Of a stretch of 64,000 nt of DNA, positions 39,433 to 51,770 are shown one piece after another. Each line of letters opens with the position of its first letter. Positions within the stretch are counted from its first letter, which is position 1. The stretch covers positions 63,500,464 through 63,564,463 of the forward strand of contig NC_043011.1 of NCBI RefSeq assembly GCF_006345805.1. Reading direction: 5' to 3'. This DNA is from Octopus sinensis (Eukaryota). The notes beneath the pieces are model-generated. The model did no database searches and was not told where the DNA came from. It worked only from the letters and a program-made list of their open reading frames with translations. A program made the translations under genes and the position numbers.

Positions 39433-39484
39433 GGCTTTTCTTAAAAAAACAAATGGTGCTATGACAATGAACACTGTTATATTG

Positions 39485-39800
39485 TTACATCTAATGACAT
39501 TCAGTGTAACATATGCCAGGCACCAGTAAAACGAAATAGTGCAATTCAATTCAGCCTGTCATATTAAATTACAGAGCGAACGTAGTTCTTTTGCGTGAAT
39601 AATTAACAGTCGAATAACTATTTATACGTGGATACAGAAATGAAAACTTACAGTTGCATGTTTATTTCTCTCTTTATAAAATTATATAAATTATATTCAA
39701 TAAACTGATGCATAATTCCTTTCAGGAACACTTCTCCCCCCTTTTTATTCATTCAGTTTCGTTATTACAGCGCGAAATTGCTGGATCACTCTAAGGAAGT
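39485..39800 (-). promoter_or_regulatory. Upstream/5'UTR region of copy 2, candidate donor ACT|GTAAGT at 39652
   Basis: Homology to 17600-17940 and 2965-3310. Confidence 0.5.
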
Positions 39801-39855
39801 ATTTATGGAAAGACGTCGACGTCATTACTTATATTTTAAGACATGTACTGACACA

Positions 39856-39894
<39 letters not shown>

Positions 39895-42800
39895 ACTTTT
39901 TTCTTCTTTCAAATTTGCTTCCATTTTTTGCCGAGTGTCTTCCCGACTCCTAGGGCAAAGAAACTCATAGTACATATTGGTAGGCCATTAAACCAAACTC
40001 AATAGTTCGTTCATTTAAAAAAAAAAATTTTAAGTTAAATTATAATACATGAGCAGCAACAGTTCTCACATCGACAATGCTCTTCTCAATACGTGTGATG
40101 TACCAGTTAAGACAATCTTTTGCACTTCTTGTAGGGATGGTAAACCAGGGATCATTCTCATATAATTTCCGGTTCCCTTCTTGATCATTCCTAGTGCTCC
40201 TACGATCACTGGTATTGTAACCGCCTTGAGATGCCACGTTTTCTCAATTTCAATGAGTAGGTCTTTATATTTTCTGAGCTTGTCAAACTCTTTCCCTGAG
40301 ATATTATGATCACAGGGGATGCTCATGTCGATCAATAAGCAAACATTATTGTTTTGGTCTTTCACAACAATATCCAGATGGTTCAGTCTGTATGTACTGG
40401 AAAGCCCCACAGAATGGTTACATTTTCTCCTTCAGTTACAGCTTCAGAGTGGTGATTATACCGCTTGTCGGCAGTTTTGATATTGTAATGCTGACTTATT
40501 AGCCAGTGTAGATATTGGCCAACTCTGTCATGTATTAATTTATACTCCACTGGTGCTAAGACTTTACATCCAGAGATTAGGTGGTCCACTGTTTCAATCA
40601 TGTCGTTGCAGAATCGGCATTTTGGGTCTGCTCCATTTTTCATCACATTGGCCTGGTAGTTCCGGGTTAATAGGCTTTGATCTTGAGCAGCCAGGATGAA
40701 ACCTTCGCTCTCTGCTTTTAGCCCTGAGCTCTGTAGCCACTGATGGGTTTGGTTCCGGTTAACATCAGCTTGTTTGCTGCGGGCCGCATATTTGCCGTGC
40801 AGAGGTTTCTTCTCCCACCTATCAGCCAATTGCTCGTGCACTTTTTTCGTTGCCATTATTTTCACCTTCTTTGCAACAATAGTTGCCGTGCTTCCCTCGG
40901 GTCGTTCAGTTTGTGTATCCTGCACGAGATCAATAGCAAATCTTTTGCTTTCCTTTATGACAGATTGAAGCTTCTTTCGTCTCTCGTTATTTTCCACGAG
41001 ATTTAGCATCCAGTCATTCGTTATTTCGAGATATTTGGCCAGTCCAATTGTGGTTGTTTTTTAAACTAGTTCAAATTGGATCAGGCCTCGACCTCCTAGG
41101 GCTCTGGGAAGGTAAAGGCGATCTACGTCTGCCTTTGGGTGGTGTATCCTATTACAACTCAGCAGCTTGCGTATTTTCCTATCTATATTCTTTACTTCAC
41201 TCATATTCCAGTTCAACACATTGTAGCTATAAGTAACAACTGGAACTGCTAAGAAATTTATAGCTAACACCTTGTTACGTCCATTAAGTTCAGATTTCAG
41301 GACTGCAAGAACTCTCCTATAACATTCCTTCCTGATCTTCTCTTTCATGCTTGCATGCTGAATACCAGAGCCTTCATTTATCCCTAAATATTTCTATGTT
41401 TGTTCTTGCTCAAGCTCTCTTATGACTGTGTCAACATCTAACACGACTGCAGTTGTGGTCTTCACTTTCCCTTTCTGGAATGTGGCCTTGGCACACTTCT
41501 CAAGTCCAAACCCCATCCCGATGTCATCGCTGAATGCTTTCACAGTGCGCAATAGGCCTTCAAGTTCATTATTGCCTTTACCATAAAGTTTTAAGTCATC
41601 CATATAAAATAGATGGCTTATTTTTTTATTGGCAATTTTATACCCATACGCTGTTCTGTTTAATTCACTTGTAAGGGGTATTAGGGCTATGCAGAATATT
41701 AAAGGTGAAAGTGAGTCACCTTGAAAAATTCCACAGATGATGTTTATATTTTCTGAGGCAAGTACTCCATTAGAGTGGTATAATTGGAGATTCGTATTCC
41801 ACAACGACATATTGTGCTTCAGGAAGCTTGAAATCACAGGGGAAATTTTGAAGATGTCCAGAGATCTCAAGATCCATGGATGCGGTATACTGTCGAAGGC
41901 CTTTTAATAGTCAATCCATGCGGAGCTGAGATTTCTGCGCTTGTTGTGACAGTTCTCAAGGATCATACGATTAATTAGCAGTTGATCTTTGCATCCGTAA
42001 GAGCCTCGGCGGCACCCTTTTGTTCAAAGGGGGAAATATCGTTCTTCTCCATGAATGCATATGTTTTCTCCGTCAGGATAGATGTTACGATTTTATACGT
42101 GGTGGATAGACAGGTTATAGGCCGATAGTTTTTTGGAAGGTTGGTTTCGTTATTCTGCTATTGTGATGTCTTCCCATGCTTGTTGTTGTAAATTTTGGTA
42201 GGATCCTTCTGCTTGTATAATCCAGTCTGCATTTATGTTGTACGTCTTCTTGTCACTCCAAATCCTTTACCAAAAGTTTTGCACTTCTTCCATGGGAGGG
42301 GGGTCTTTAACGGTTACTTTCTCCTTCCCTATTTCTCTGTAGAATTTTTTGGCATTGGATGTGAACAGCTTATTTTGCTTGTAAAACTTGCTTCTCTTCT
42401 TAAATCTTCGTATTCTTTGGGCTTTTGCTTGGACTTTTTGTTTCAGCGTTTCTTTTATTGATATCAGTTCTTCTGTTGGTGAGGATCCAAATTGTCTCTT
42501 CATCTTTCTTCCTGTTCTGGATCTTACATCATTTCCACATATTAGTTCATTTAATATTGATATTTCCCCCTCTCATAAATTCAATCTCTTTCTCAATTTC
42601 TCTTCTCCAGGTTTGCTTTCTTCCCAGGTTTGGTTTTCTTTGTTTTTTCGTGGGTATACAGATGGTTTCAATTGCCCTAGCAGAAGCGTAAATAACTTCA
42701 TTTAACTCAGTAAAATCAGATTCTAATTCTTGTATTATTTCATTTGTTACATAGTTGCCAATTTGGATTTGTTTTTGATGTTGGTTTGTCTTTGAGAGTT

Positions 42801-43656
42801 TATGAAGTGGTTCTCTATCATTCATACTTGTATGTCTTACAACTTCAAGCGTATTCAGGATTTTTTGCCTCATTTCTGCCATAGACTCTCTGTGTTCTTC
42901 AGCAAATGTGAGATCTTCAGTTACTGTTGTTTTATCGTTTTCCTGGCTATCTTTAACAGGTACAATAGAATTTCTTTTATCTTCAGGCCTTTGCGTACTT
43001 TGGTCAGATGGCAGTCTTTCAATTAAGCCTCGTGGCGGGCTATGCTGTTCATCTGATTCTTCATTACCTTTGTGTCTTATATTTATGTCATTTTCGGTTG
43101 CGTGCTTTATCGCGCATATTTCACTCTCTGTGAGTCTGTTATTTCTAAAGATATCCCTCCTCACATTTGCTAATTTGTTCTCGTCCAAATAGGGTCTACT
43201 GTCTTGATTCCGTGTACTCCATATACTGTAAGAGTTTACGGTGTGTCTCTCTTGAGATGGCCTACCTAATGCATAGTAATAAGCGTATATTACTTCTTTA
43301 TTCTCTTCTCGGGTCCATTTGTTCCGCTTACATTTTTCTTTCTGTGGTGGTTGTGGTGGTGAACTTGGTGTGCTCGAGTTGGGGGATTTCCCGTTCAAGT
43401 GACCATCCATGTCCGTATTCGGAGAAGAGTTTGTGCCAGTTGATGATTTTTCGATCCCAGGCTGGCTCTTCCCTGGGGGACGCGCTTCCAGATTATCCAT
43501 AGGACAAGCGATTTGGTATACTGATTTAGTTTTCCTTTTAGTTTCCAAAAACATTTTGGTGCTACGATAATGTTATCATTTTTTAGTTTGATTGGCTCGT
43601 AGGGAGACGGCCATCATTGCAATTATAATCGTACCATTATAGCAGCCGTAGTCGGC
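39895..43656 (-). mobile_element. Near full-length R4/Dong-clade element (same family as 22206-25132), frameshifted, 188-bp internal deletion
   Basis: N-terminal ORF from 43554 (KWTREENKEVIYAYY..DENKLANVRRDI), RT, CCHC and REL (DIVVKD..LIDMSIP..KYKDLLIEI); TAA-type repeats at both ends. Confidence 0.93.
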
Positions 43657-44369
43657 TTATTATTGTTATTATCATCACCATTATTATCACTATCATCATT
43701 ATCACCACCATTACCATCATCATTATCATCATCACCATCACCACCATCATCATCAATGATATTGTTTTATGTGTAGTCACAGCAGTATCTTATTATTGTT
43801 ATTTTTGTTTTTCATCCGTATCACCTTCACAGTAGTGTTTGTCTGCCTCGTTGGCTTGCTGACTGTCTTCAACGCCAGAGTCCTTGCCTATCAAATAATA
43901 CTTTCATATATGTTTAACAATAGAGCCGAGGTGAGGTTTGTGTTGGTTGAACACTTTGAGTGTGTGTGTGCGTGTGTGTAGATAGATCGGTAGATTATCA
44001 GCACTATTACTATCATTATTATCATCATCACCATTATCACCATCACCATCTTTTTTTTTTTTTTTTGATTTTTTTTTTTTTTAGGTGGGGTCCCATCATT
44101 CAAAAAAGGTTCAAATGTTTACTACTATTAGCCTTAAGAAAAATTAATGAAGGGCTGTTCTGTATTGTTTGTGAATAGAGAAGTTGTTTTCGATCAGAGA
44201 GAATCTTAGTATCATCATTTTTTTTTTCCCCATGTGCGTTTGTGTTATTGCAATAAAAACTGTTTGTATATTTCGTGTAAAGTAATATTGTGGAGGTTGA
44301 AGTTGACTTTTCTAGAGATATTTGTATGTACAGTTAGAAGAACAGGTGTTTCTGCAATAAAAAGTATAT

Positions 44370-45326
44370 GTCCAATTGTGGTTGTTTTGTAAGCTAGTAC
44401 AAATTGGATCAGGCCTCGACTTCCTTCTGCTCTGGGAAGGTAAAGAAGATCTATGTCTGCCTTTGGGTGGTGTATCCTATTACAACTCAGCAGCTTGCGT
44501 ATTTTCCTATCTATATTCTTTACTTCACTCATATTCCAGTTCAACACACTGTAGCTATAGGTAACAACTGGACCTACTAAGGAATTTATAGCTAACACCT
44601 TGTTACGTGCATTTAGTTCAGACTTCAGGACTGCACGAACCCTCCTATAACATTCCTTCCTGATCTTCTCTTTCATGCTTGCATGCTGAATACCAGAGCC
44701 TTCATTTATCCCTAAATATTTCTATTTTTGTTCTTGCTCAAGCTCTGTTATGACTGTGTCAACATCTAACACGACTGAAGTTGTGGTCTTCACTTTCCCT
44801 TTCTGGAATGTGGCCTTAGTACACTTCTCAAGCTCAAACTCCATCCCGATGTCATCGCTGAATGCTTTCACAGTGCGCAATAGGACTTCAAGTTCATTAT
44901 TGTCTTTACCATTGAGTTTTAAGTCATCCATATAGAATAGATGACTTAATTTTTTATTGGCAATTTTACATCCATACCCTGTTCTGTTTAATTCACTTGT
45001 AAGGGGTATTAGGGCTATGCAAAATATTAAAGGTTAAAGTGAGTCACCTTGAAAAATTCCACAGTTAATGTTTATATTTTCTGAGGCAAGTACTCCATTA
45101 GAGTGGTATAATTGGAGATTCGTATTCCACAACGACATATTGTGCTTCAGGAAGCTTGAAATCACAGGGGAAATTTTGAAGATGTCCAGCGATCTCAAGA
45201 TCCATGGATGCGGTATACTGTCGAAGGCCTTTTTATAGTCAATCCATGCGGAGCTGAGATTTCTGCGCTTGTTGTGACAATTCTCAAGGAACATACGATT
45301 AATTAGCAGTTGATCTTTGCATCCGT
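44370..45326 (-). mobile_element. Internal RT fragment of the same Dong family
   Basis: AWIDYKKAFDSIPHPW, GIFQGDSL, MDDLKL; (TAT)n at the 5' junction. Confidence 0.9.
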
Positions 45327-45338
45327 TATTATTATTTC

Positions 45339-45380
<42 letters not shown>

Positions 45381-45390
45381 CATCATTTTT

Positions 45391-45450
<60 letters not shown>

Positions 45451-46050
45451 TGAACCTTAAACATACGTAACAACCTCACATAGAGAGGACATGCCCTTCT
45501 CCCACTTGGTGCATTTGGACATGAAATGTTGCAATGAATAGGAGAGATAATTTCTTAAAAAGGAAGACAAAAACAAAAAATTTAAACAATTCGCCCAGCA
45601 ACACAATTGAAAAACACACCACAGAAACATAACACAAACTCCACTATCATGAACACCAATGTCCACTGCTTTATCCAATCCACCATCATCACAATCACAA
45701 CCCCCGCCAAAACCGTCACCACCTCCACCCAACACCACCAACAACAACAACAACAACAACACCATGAACAGCAACACCTCCAAGGTCACCTCTATAACCA
45801 GCATCATCATCACAACATACATGACAAACACATCCGAAACTTCGCCTGCAACAACAACAACAACAAATACATCAGAACGACAGTCTTCTTGTATTACAGA
45901 CCAATAAACGTTCACAACAAATATTGACTCCACTCTTTGCATAAACTAAAATACATACACAGGTTAAACATTGAAATTCCCCGAAGCAATCGGATCTGCC
46001 GAGGCATTCTATCAAAGAGAATATATACTCCGGAAAGCCCCCAGAGCTTA
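45451..46050 (+). mobile_element. L1/Tx1-clade ORF1-tail fragment (fourth occurrence)
   Basis: Matches 7536- and 25347- segments. Confidence 0.7.
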
Positions 46051-46059
46051 ACACAAAAA

Positions 46060-46408
<349 letters not shown>

Positions 46409-46410
46409 AA

Positions 46411-46748
46411 GGCGCATGGCTCAGTGGTTAGAGCATCGAGCTTACGATCGTGAGGTTGTGAGCTCGAATCCCGGACCGGGCTGCGTGTTGTGTTCTCGAG
46501 CAAGGCACTTTATTTCACGTTGCTCGAGTTCACTCAGCTGTAGAAATGAGTTGCGACGTCACAGGTGCCAAGCTGTATCGACCTTTGTCTTTCCCTTGGA
46601 TAACACTGGTGGCGTGGAGAGGGGAGGCTGGTATGCATGGGCGACTGCTAGCCTTCCATAAACAACCTTGCCTGGATTGTGTCTAGGAGGGTAACTTTCT
46701 AGGTGCAATCCCATGGTCATTCATGACCGAAGGGGGTCTTTACCCTTT
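46411..46748 (+). mobile_element. tRNA-derived SINE, full length (second family)
   Basis: Box A TGGCTCAGTGG, box B GCTCGAATCCC, central domain gagcaaggcactttatttcacgttgctcgagttcactcagctgtag, LINE-like tail catgaccgaagggggtctttaccc. Confidence 0.88.
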
Positions 46749-46810
<62 letters not shown>

Positions 46811-49800
46811 ACATATATAATTACACAGTTATTGAAAAAGAATACACATATATAGAAATGTATGTATCTATATATTTTTCTATGTACTATGAGTATACAT
46901 TTATATATATATATAATATAATATACACGCGTATATGAATATATATAAGTAGGTATACATAGATATACCGGAGTCTGCGCAAGCGTGCATATGTGTGCGT
47001 GTGTGTGTGTGTGCATGATTGTGTGTGTTTGTGAATGTGTGTTTGTGCATGCAAATTTATATTTTCCTATACATACCCGTATGTACTGTGAGATGAAAAT
47101 GCTTAAGTAAATTTGAAATGATTCTTCCAATTTAATCATTACCGACATTATCAAAACAGATGCATTGGGAGAATATTTCTTCCAGAAATGTTTGAAGCAC
47201 AGAAGTTGCTGATTTAATGATCCCCTCTATGTTTTCTTTCGTTTATTGAAATAAATATAATGTAACAGATGCCAGTCATTTCTCAATAAATTAAACGTGT
47301 ATTGCACATGTGGCGTTCTAATGTATTTTGCTGAAATGCTGTACATATCTGCGATGATATTACTGATCATTCTTTCAAAGGTTTCTATGTCCTTGGCAAT
47401 GGTTTTCAAAGCAGCAGTGGTGGTGTGCTTGTTTTTGTCGGTTGCTTTCATGCTAATAATATAACAATTTTGAAATTAATGATACAGGAAAATAGAATAG
47501 TTTCCATCTAATATAAAAGCGCACAAACAAAGCTGTTCTGTATTTATATAAGCTCGTTATTGTTGCCCGATATTGCAAACATTCTATCATTGTCGATATA
47601 GTTTTTAATTACGCAATATTTAGCCATAGATTCACAGGAGATATAGATCACAGAGGAAGACACCCGGTTCAGCGTACTTTTACTTTCCGTGTTCTTCATT
47701 TCTTACCTTGGATTTTAAGATATCAGTCAAGGTAAAGCTGCTTTTACCTAGAATTTTTTCTGAGTCTGTTGATTGAATTATAAAGGTTGACCGAATTATA
47801 GAGGAACAGTTCCAGGTTTCTCAACCACCGAGTTACACTGTATCAAGTTTAGTCGACATATTTCTAGATCTGTTAGCAATTCCATGGGCGTTTAATGCAG
47901 ATTGCAAATCAAAGTACAATCTCTCAAATGGTATTCACTTGTGAGTAGCGGATTTCGTATTTATAGGTCTGTCTGTGTAAATGTCTGTATTTACGTGTGT
48001 ATAGAGGTGTTTATGCATACAAAGGTATGTGTGCGTATGTGCATGTGGGTGTGTGAGAGAGAGTGTGTGTATGTGTGTGTATGCGTGTGTGTTTGTGTGT
48101 GTGTGTATGTGTGTGTTTGTGTGTATATATAAATTGATCTGTTTTGTAAATGATTTTGATCTAGAAATTTTATACGTATTTGAAGAGATGTACTTTGAAA
48201 ACAAATGTTTTTCAGGGGTTTTAATTAATGTGGACATACATATATTGTGAGGTAACTTCTACCCTATAGCTACATAACACCTGTAATCTCCGTTTCAGAC
48301 TCAAGTAAAATAAAAGCATCTTGTCCAGATAACTGTGTATAGTTATTAAAAGAAGTCTACACTTAAATGGAGCTTCTGATAATGAAGTCTTCGTGTGGAT
48401 CAATTATATTTTTATATGATAAACATGTGTTTTCTGGCAGTTATGGGGCGGGGCGGGTAAAGAAGGTTCAATTCGAAGAGATGAGGGACAGATAATGCGC
48501 ACCGGTCGACACTCCAGTAGGTGAGTCGCTTGACAGACAAAAGCTGCAAACATTAATTAGTGCCGTGAAGATGGGAAATGATATAAAGTGGTGTATGCCG
48601 CAGATATAAGGATTACCTTCAGAAAAGTGGTCAATTTTTAGCTTGATAGCAACGTATGATAGGAAGTACAGTGTTTTCAATAGTACAGTAAATTTAATAC
48701 TCTCATAGAACTACTAGTTTGATATTTGAGTAATACTTCTTTGCACACCACAGAAATAACACCACTAATATATTTTGTCCATCTTACCCTAGGCTTAACA
48801 ATACTGTTGCTAATTTGGCACCACTAAAAACTTCAACATCGTACAGATTATATTAACTTTCTTTTAGAAGTCACAACTGTAACTTATTCGAAATTCATTT
48901 TTGACTTTCTCTTTCTAAGTCTGCTCCCAATGCGCAAGTGCTGCTGTGGCTATTCTAATTATAAAGATATTCCTATACTAATGGATATACATGCCACTTC
49001 ACGTATATATATGTTACCTAGCAAATTTTGTCTTTGAAAAAGATGAAGATCCGCGATGTGAGGATTAACGATTCAGTATTTTTTTTAAAAATGCAATGCC
49101 CATATTTAAATACCAGCAATTATTTCATTGCTTTGTAAACGAGAGTTTGCACGACATTTGTGTTTCGAATGGAGCATCACTTGATAGTGTCTATTACGGC
49201 ATTGTAATAAAAACACCTTCACACCAGATGAGTTCAAACGCAATTTTATTTTGCTATTATGCATAGTGAGCTCTTAGGAAAAAATAAACTATTTTCCTAA
49301 TTTGCACTCTTGGTTGTGTTGTGATTAAGAATTCTTGAATTTCTCGTCGATCATTTGCGTGTAACTCAATAGATTTCACTCGGTGTTTTCTATTCTGTGG
49401 CATTACATCGATAACATCAATGTTCTTGCATATAATCGTGTATAAAGCGAGCTGGTGGCAATTGCATGCTGCTTCGACAAACTCTGAAAAAAAGAACGAA
49501 ATCAATTACCAGTAATTTATGAAGAAAGAAATGTTACAAAAATAAAAAATATATAGCTAGGCATACAGAAATATAACGCAAGAGCAGAAATATAACGCAA
49601 GAGACAGCAGATGTAAATAGAGAAGCAACAGTAGCGACACAGATAAACAAACAGCAACAGCAAAAAAGCGACGACGGAAAAAGACCAGGAATACGAGTAG
49701 AAGGGAAAATCATGAACCGGTCATTATTTGAAGGACGAAATAAATAATGATCGAGGCCAAAATGGCGTCACATATCACAAAACAATTATAACATCTGCAG

Positions 49801-50049
49801 AAGTTGCAGCAGCCTCGGTATTAGGATCAACGTCTTAAACTCTTATTAGTGTATTTTCGTGGCAAGGCTCAATCAGACTCTCTATGTCACTCTCCCTTAC
49901 TCCCTCTCTACCCCCTCCCCTCTTTGTCTTTCCGTAACACTCATTAATCATATAACTATATTTTCCCACTTTCTCTGATCACCACTCCTGTTCTCACAGC
50001 ACATCGCAAAGGGAAGTCGACTCGAGCGGTATTCCTTACAACAAGGAAA

Positions 50050-50600
50050 TGAAGAAAGAACCAGAGATCAATGTCTGCAGCATGCAAAACTTTAAAAAAA
50101 ATGTAATTTTGAAATAATTCGAAGAAACTCATGAAATAGAAATGAATAGCAACAAAGATGGAGAGAATCAGTAGTCAAATTTCCAACCCTCTGTTCAGAA
50201 ATCCTTCCAATCAAAAGAAAATAGCGAAGAAGTATATGTAGTCTTGACAAGAGTATTCACAAATACCCACGAGCAGCCTTCAGAATCTTTGAATCCCTTC
50301 CCGTTGACGAAAGTGAATTTGAAGTTCGTACCAAAAAACGAAGTACGTGACGTTTCTATTATTATGCATGAGGTTCTTTTAAAGTAGAGTTTCTTGTTCA
50401 ACATCTCATGCAATTTGGTTAAATATATTACAGCCATCACGAAGACCACTTGCCTCTGATCTCTGGTCTTCAACATTTGAACGTGCAAGCGTCACTTAAT
50501 AAGTGTGAAAAGTTTGGAACACGAATGACATGCTTTCGTCTCAGACATAGGTGATCAATTCTTAGCGGTCAATTTGAGGACAACGGAAAACGTTATTTCA
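50050..50600 (+). mobile_element. Decayed gag-like ORF1 of an I/RNase H-type LINE (tentative)
   Basis: A frame broken by stops reads EEVYVVLTRVF..SLNPFPLTKVNLKFVPKNEVRDVSIIMHEVLL..ITAITKT, recalling the ORF1 motif SPFLIEKA..KSVKKLRSGDLL (from memory, not searched). Confidence 0.35.
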
Positions 50601-51147
50601 TAATAACGGCCGTCAATTTCCTGACAGTTTCTGAATACCCGGAACCATTGGAATGGCTAAAATAATCTAAGGAAGCGCTAATATTTCTCCCAGCGTTTAA
50701 CAGTCGAGTCTTATCCAAAATGCAGTGACGTAAATCTAATGAACTAAATAATTTTGTTGTTGGTCCAAAAGCTCTTGGCTATATCTTTTAGATTCTTGTT
50801 CCATTTCTTACTGCAACAAACATACGACCTACAAAGCAGATGGGATACTTTGAGGTCTCCCGTGATAACTACGTCATACCGTATGCTTTCATACAGCCAT
50901 TTCTCATGATTGTCAGTGTTTATCCTCAAATTCCAGTATGAAAGCAATTGGTAATTTAGCTATTATTAGGCTATAACATAGTGTTGTATCAATAATATAC
51001 AATGCTATAATATATGTCTATATCTAAATCACATACCTATAAATGCACATGGAACCTGACATATATTTAAAACACACACATTCATACATAACTATCTATC
51101 TATCTATCTATCTACCTATCTATCTATCATGGTTGAGAGATAACAGC

Positions 51148-51770
51148 TTACTGAAAATACTGGCACTCAGCTTCTGCCATGGTCTCAGTACATTTCCCCA
51201 ACTTGTGATTGAGTTCTTCGCTCTGTCTTCCAAGTTCTTCGAAAACCCTAATCTTCGCTTTCGTCTTGGACTTAGTGTTATAGGCAAAGAGGTTAGTACC
51301 CTTCTCAACCTGTCTCCGCATACGAGAACATATGGGCTTACAATCCACGAATTAAAAGACCAAAAAGTTGGGGCTGATAAAGCTGTAGTAATTCTCCGAC
51401 AGCCATGTCTGACACAGGCATGCAAAGAAGCAGAACCCTGCTGCCACATATAGAACCTTCCAGCAGCTGTCCAATCTGGCCAGGGATTGACCACATCCTC
51501 CAGCAGATTCACATTACCGTCTGAGTCTAAGGTACTCTTCATATGTTGATGTTGAGATCATGGTGTGCGGACGCAGTTTGAACGACAAATGCATCCCTCC
51601 CTACAGCTCATGGCTTCGCAGTCTCCGTTTCAGCTGTCCACGTTACTTCTTGCAACCTTCAAATGTTCACAAAGCATCGAAAACTAGTCAAGCTCTCGGC
51701 CTTTTGATATCCAGCACGTATCATCACGCTGCACTTAACTATTCTCCAATATTCTGATGGCTGTCATTGC
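51148..51770 (-). mobile_element. IS630-Tc1-mariner transposase remnant (maT/DD37D-like), frameshifted
   Basis: NLLEDVVNPWPDWTAAGRFYMWQQGSA..PTFW..NS..; VEKGTNLFAYNTK..AEAECQYFQ. Confidence 0.7.

Noticed and set aside
43560-43656. HDV-like ribozyme at the Dong 5' end
   Set aside because: Only simple hairpins fold; no P1.1 GG or J4/2 catalytic C arrangement found.
46411-46485. tRNA gene
   Set aside because: A and B boxes are present but there is no acceptor stem; it continues into a SINE body.
49257-49505. Minus-strand 82-aa ORF behind a strong tttttttcag acceptor
   Set aside because: No recognisable motif, partner exon or paralog support.
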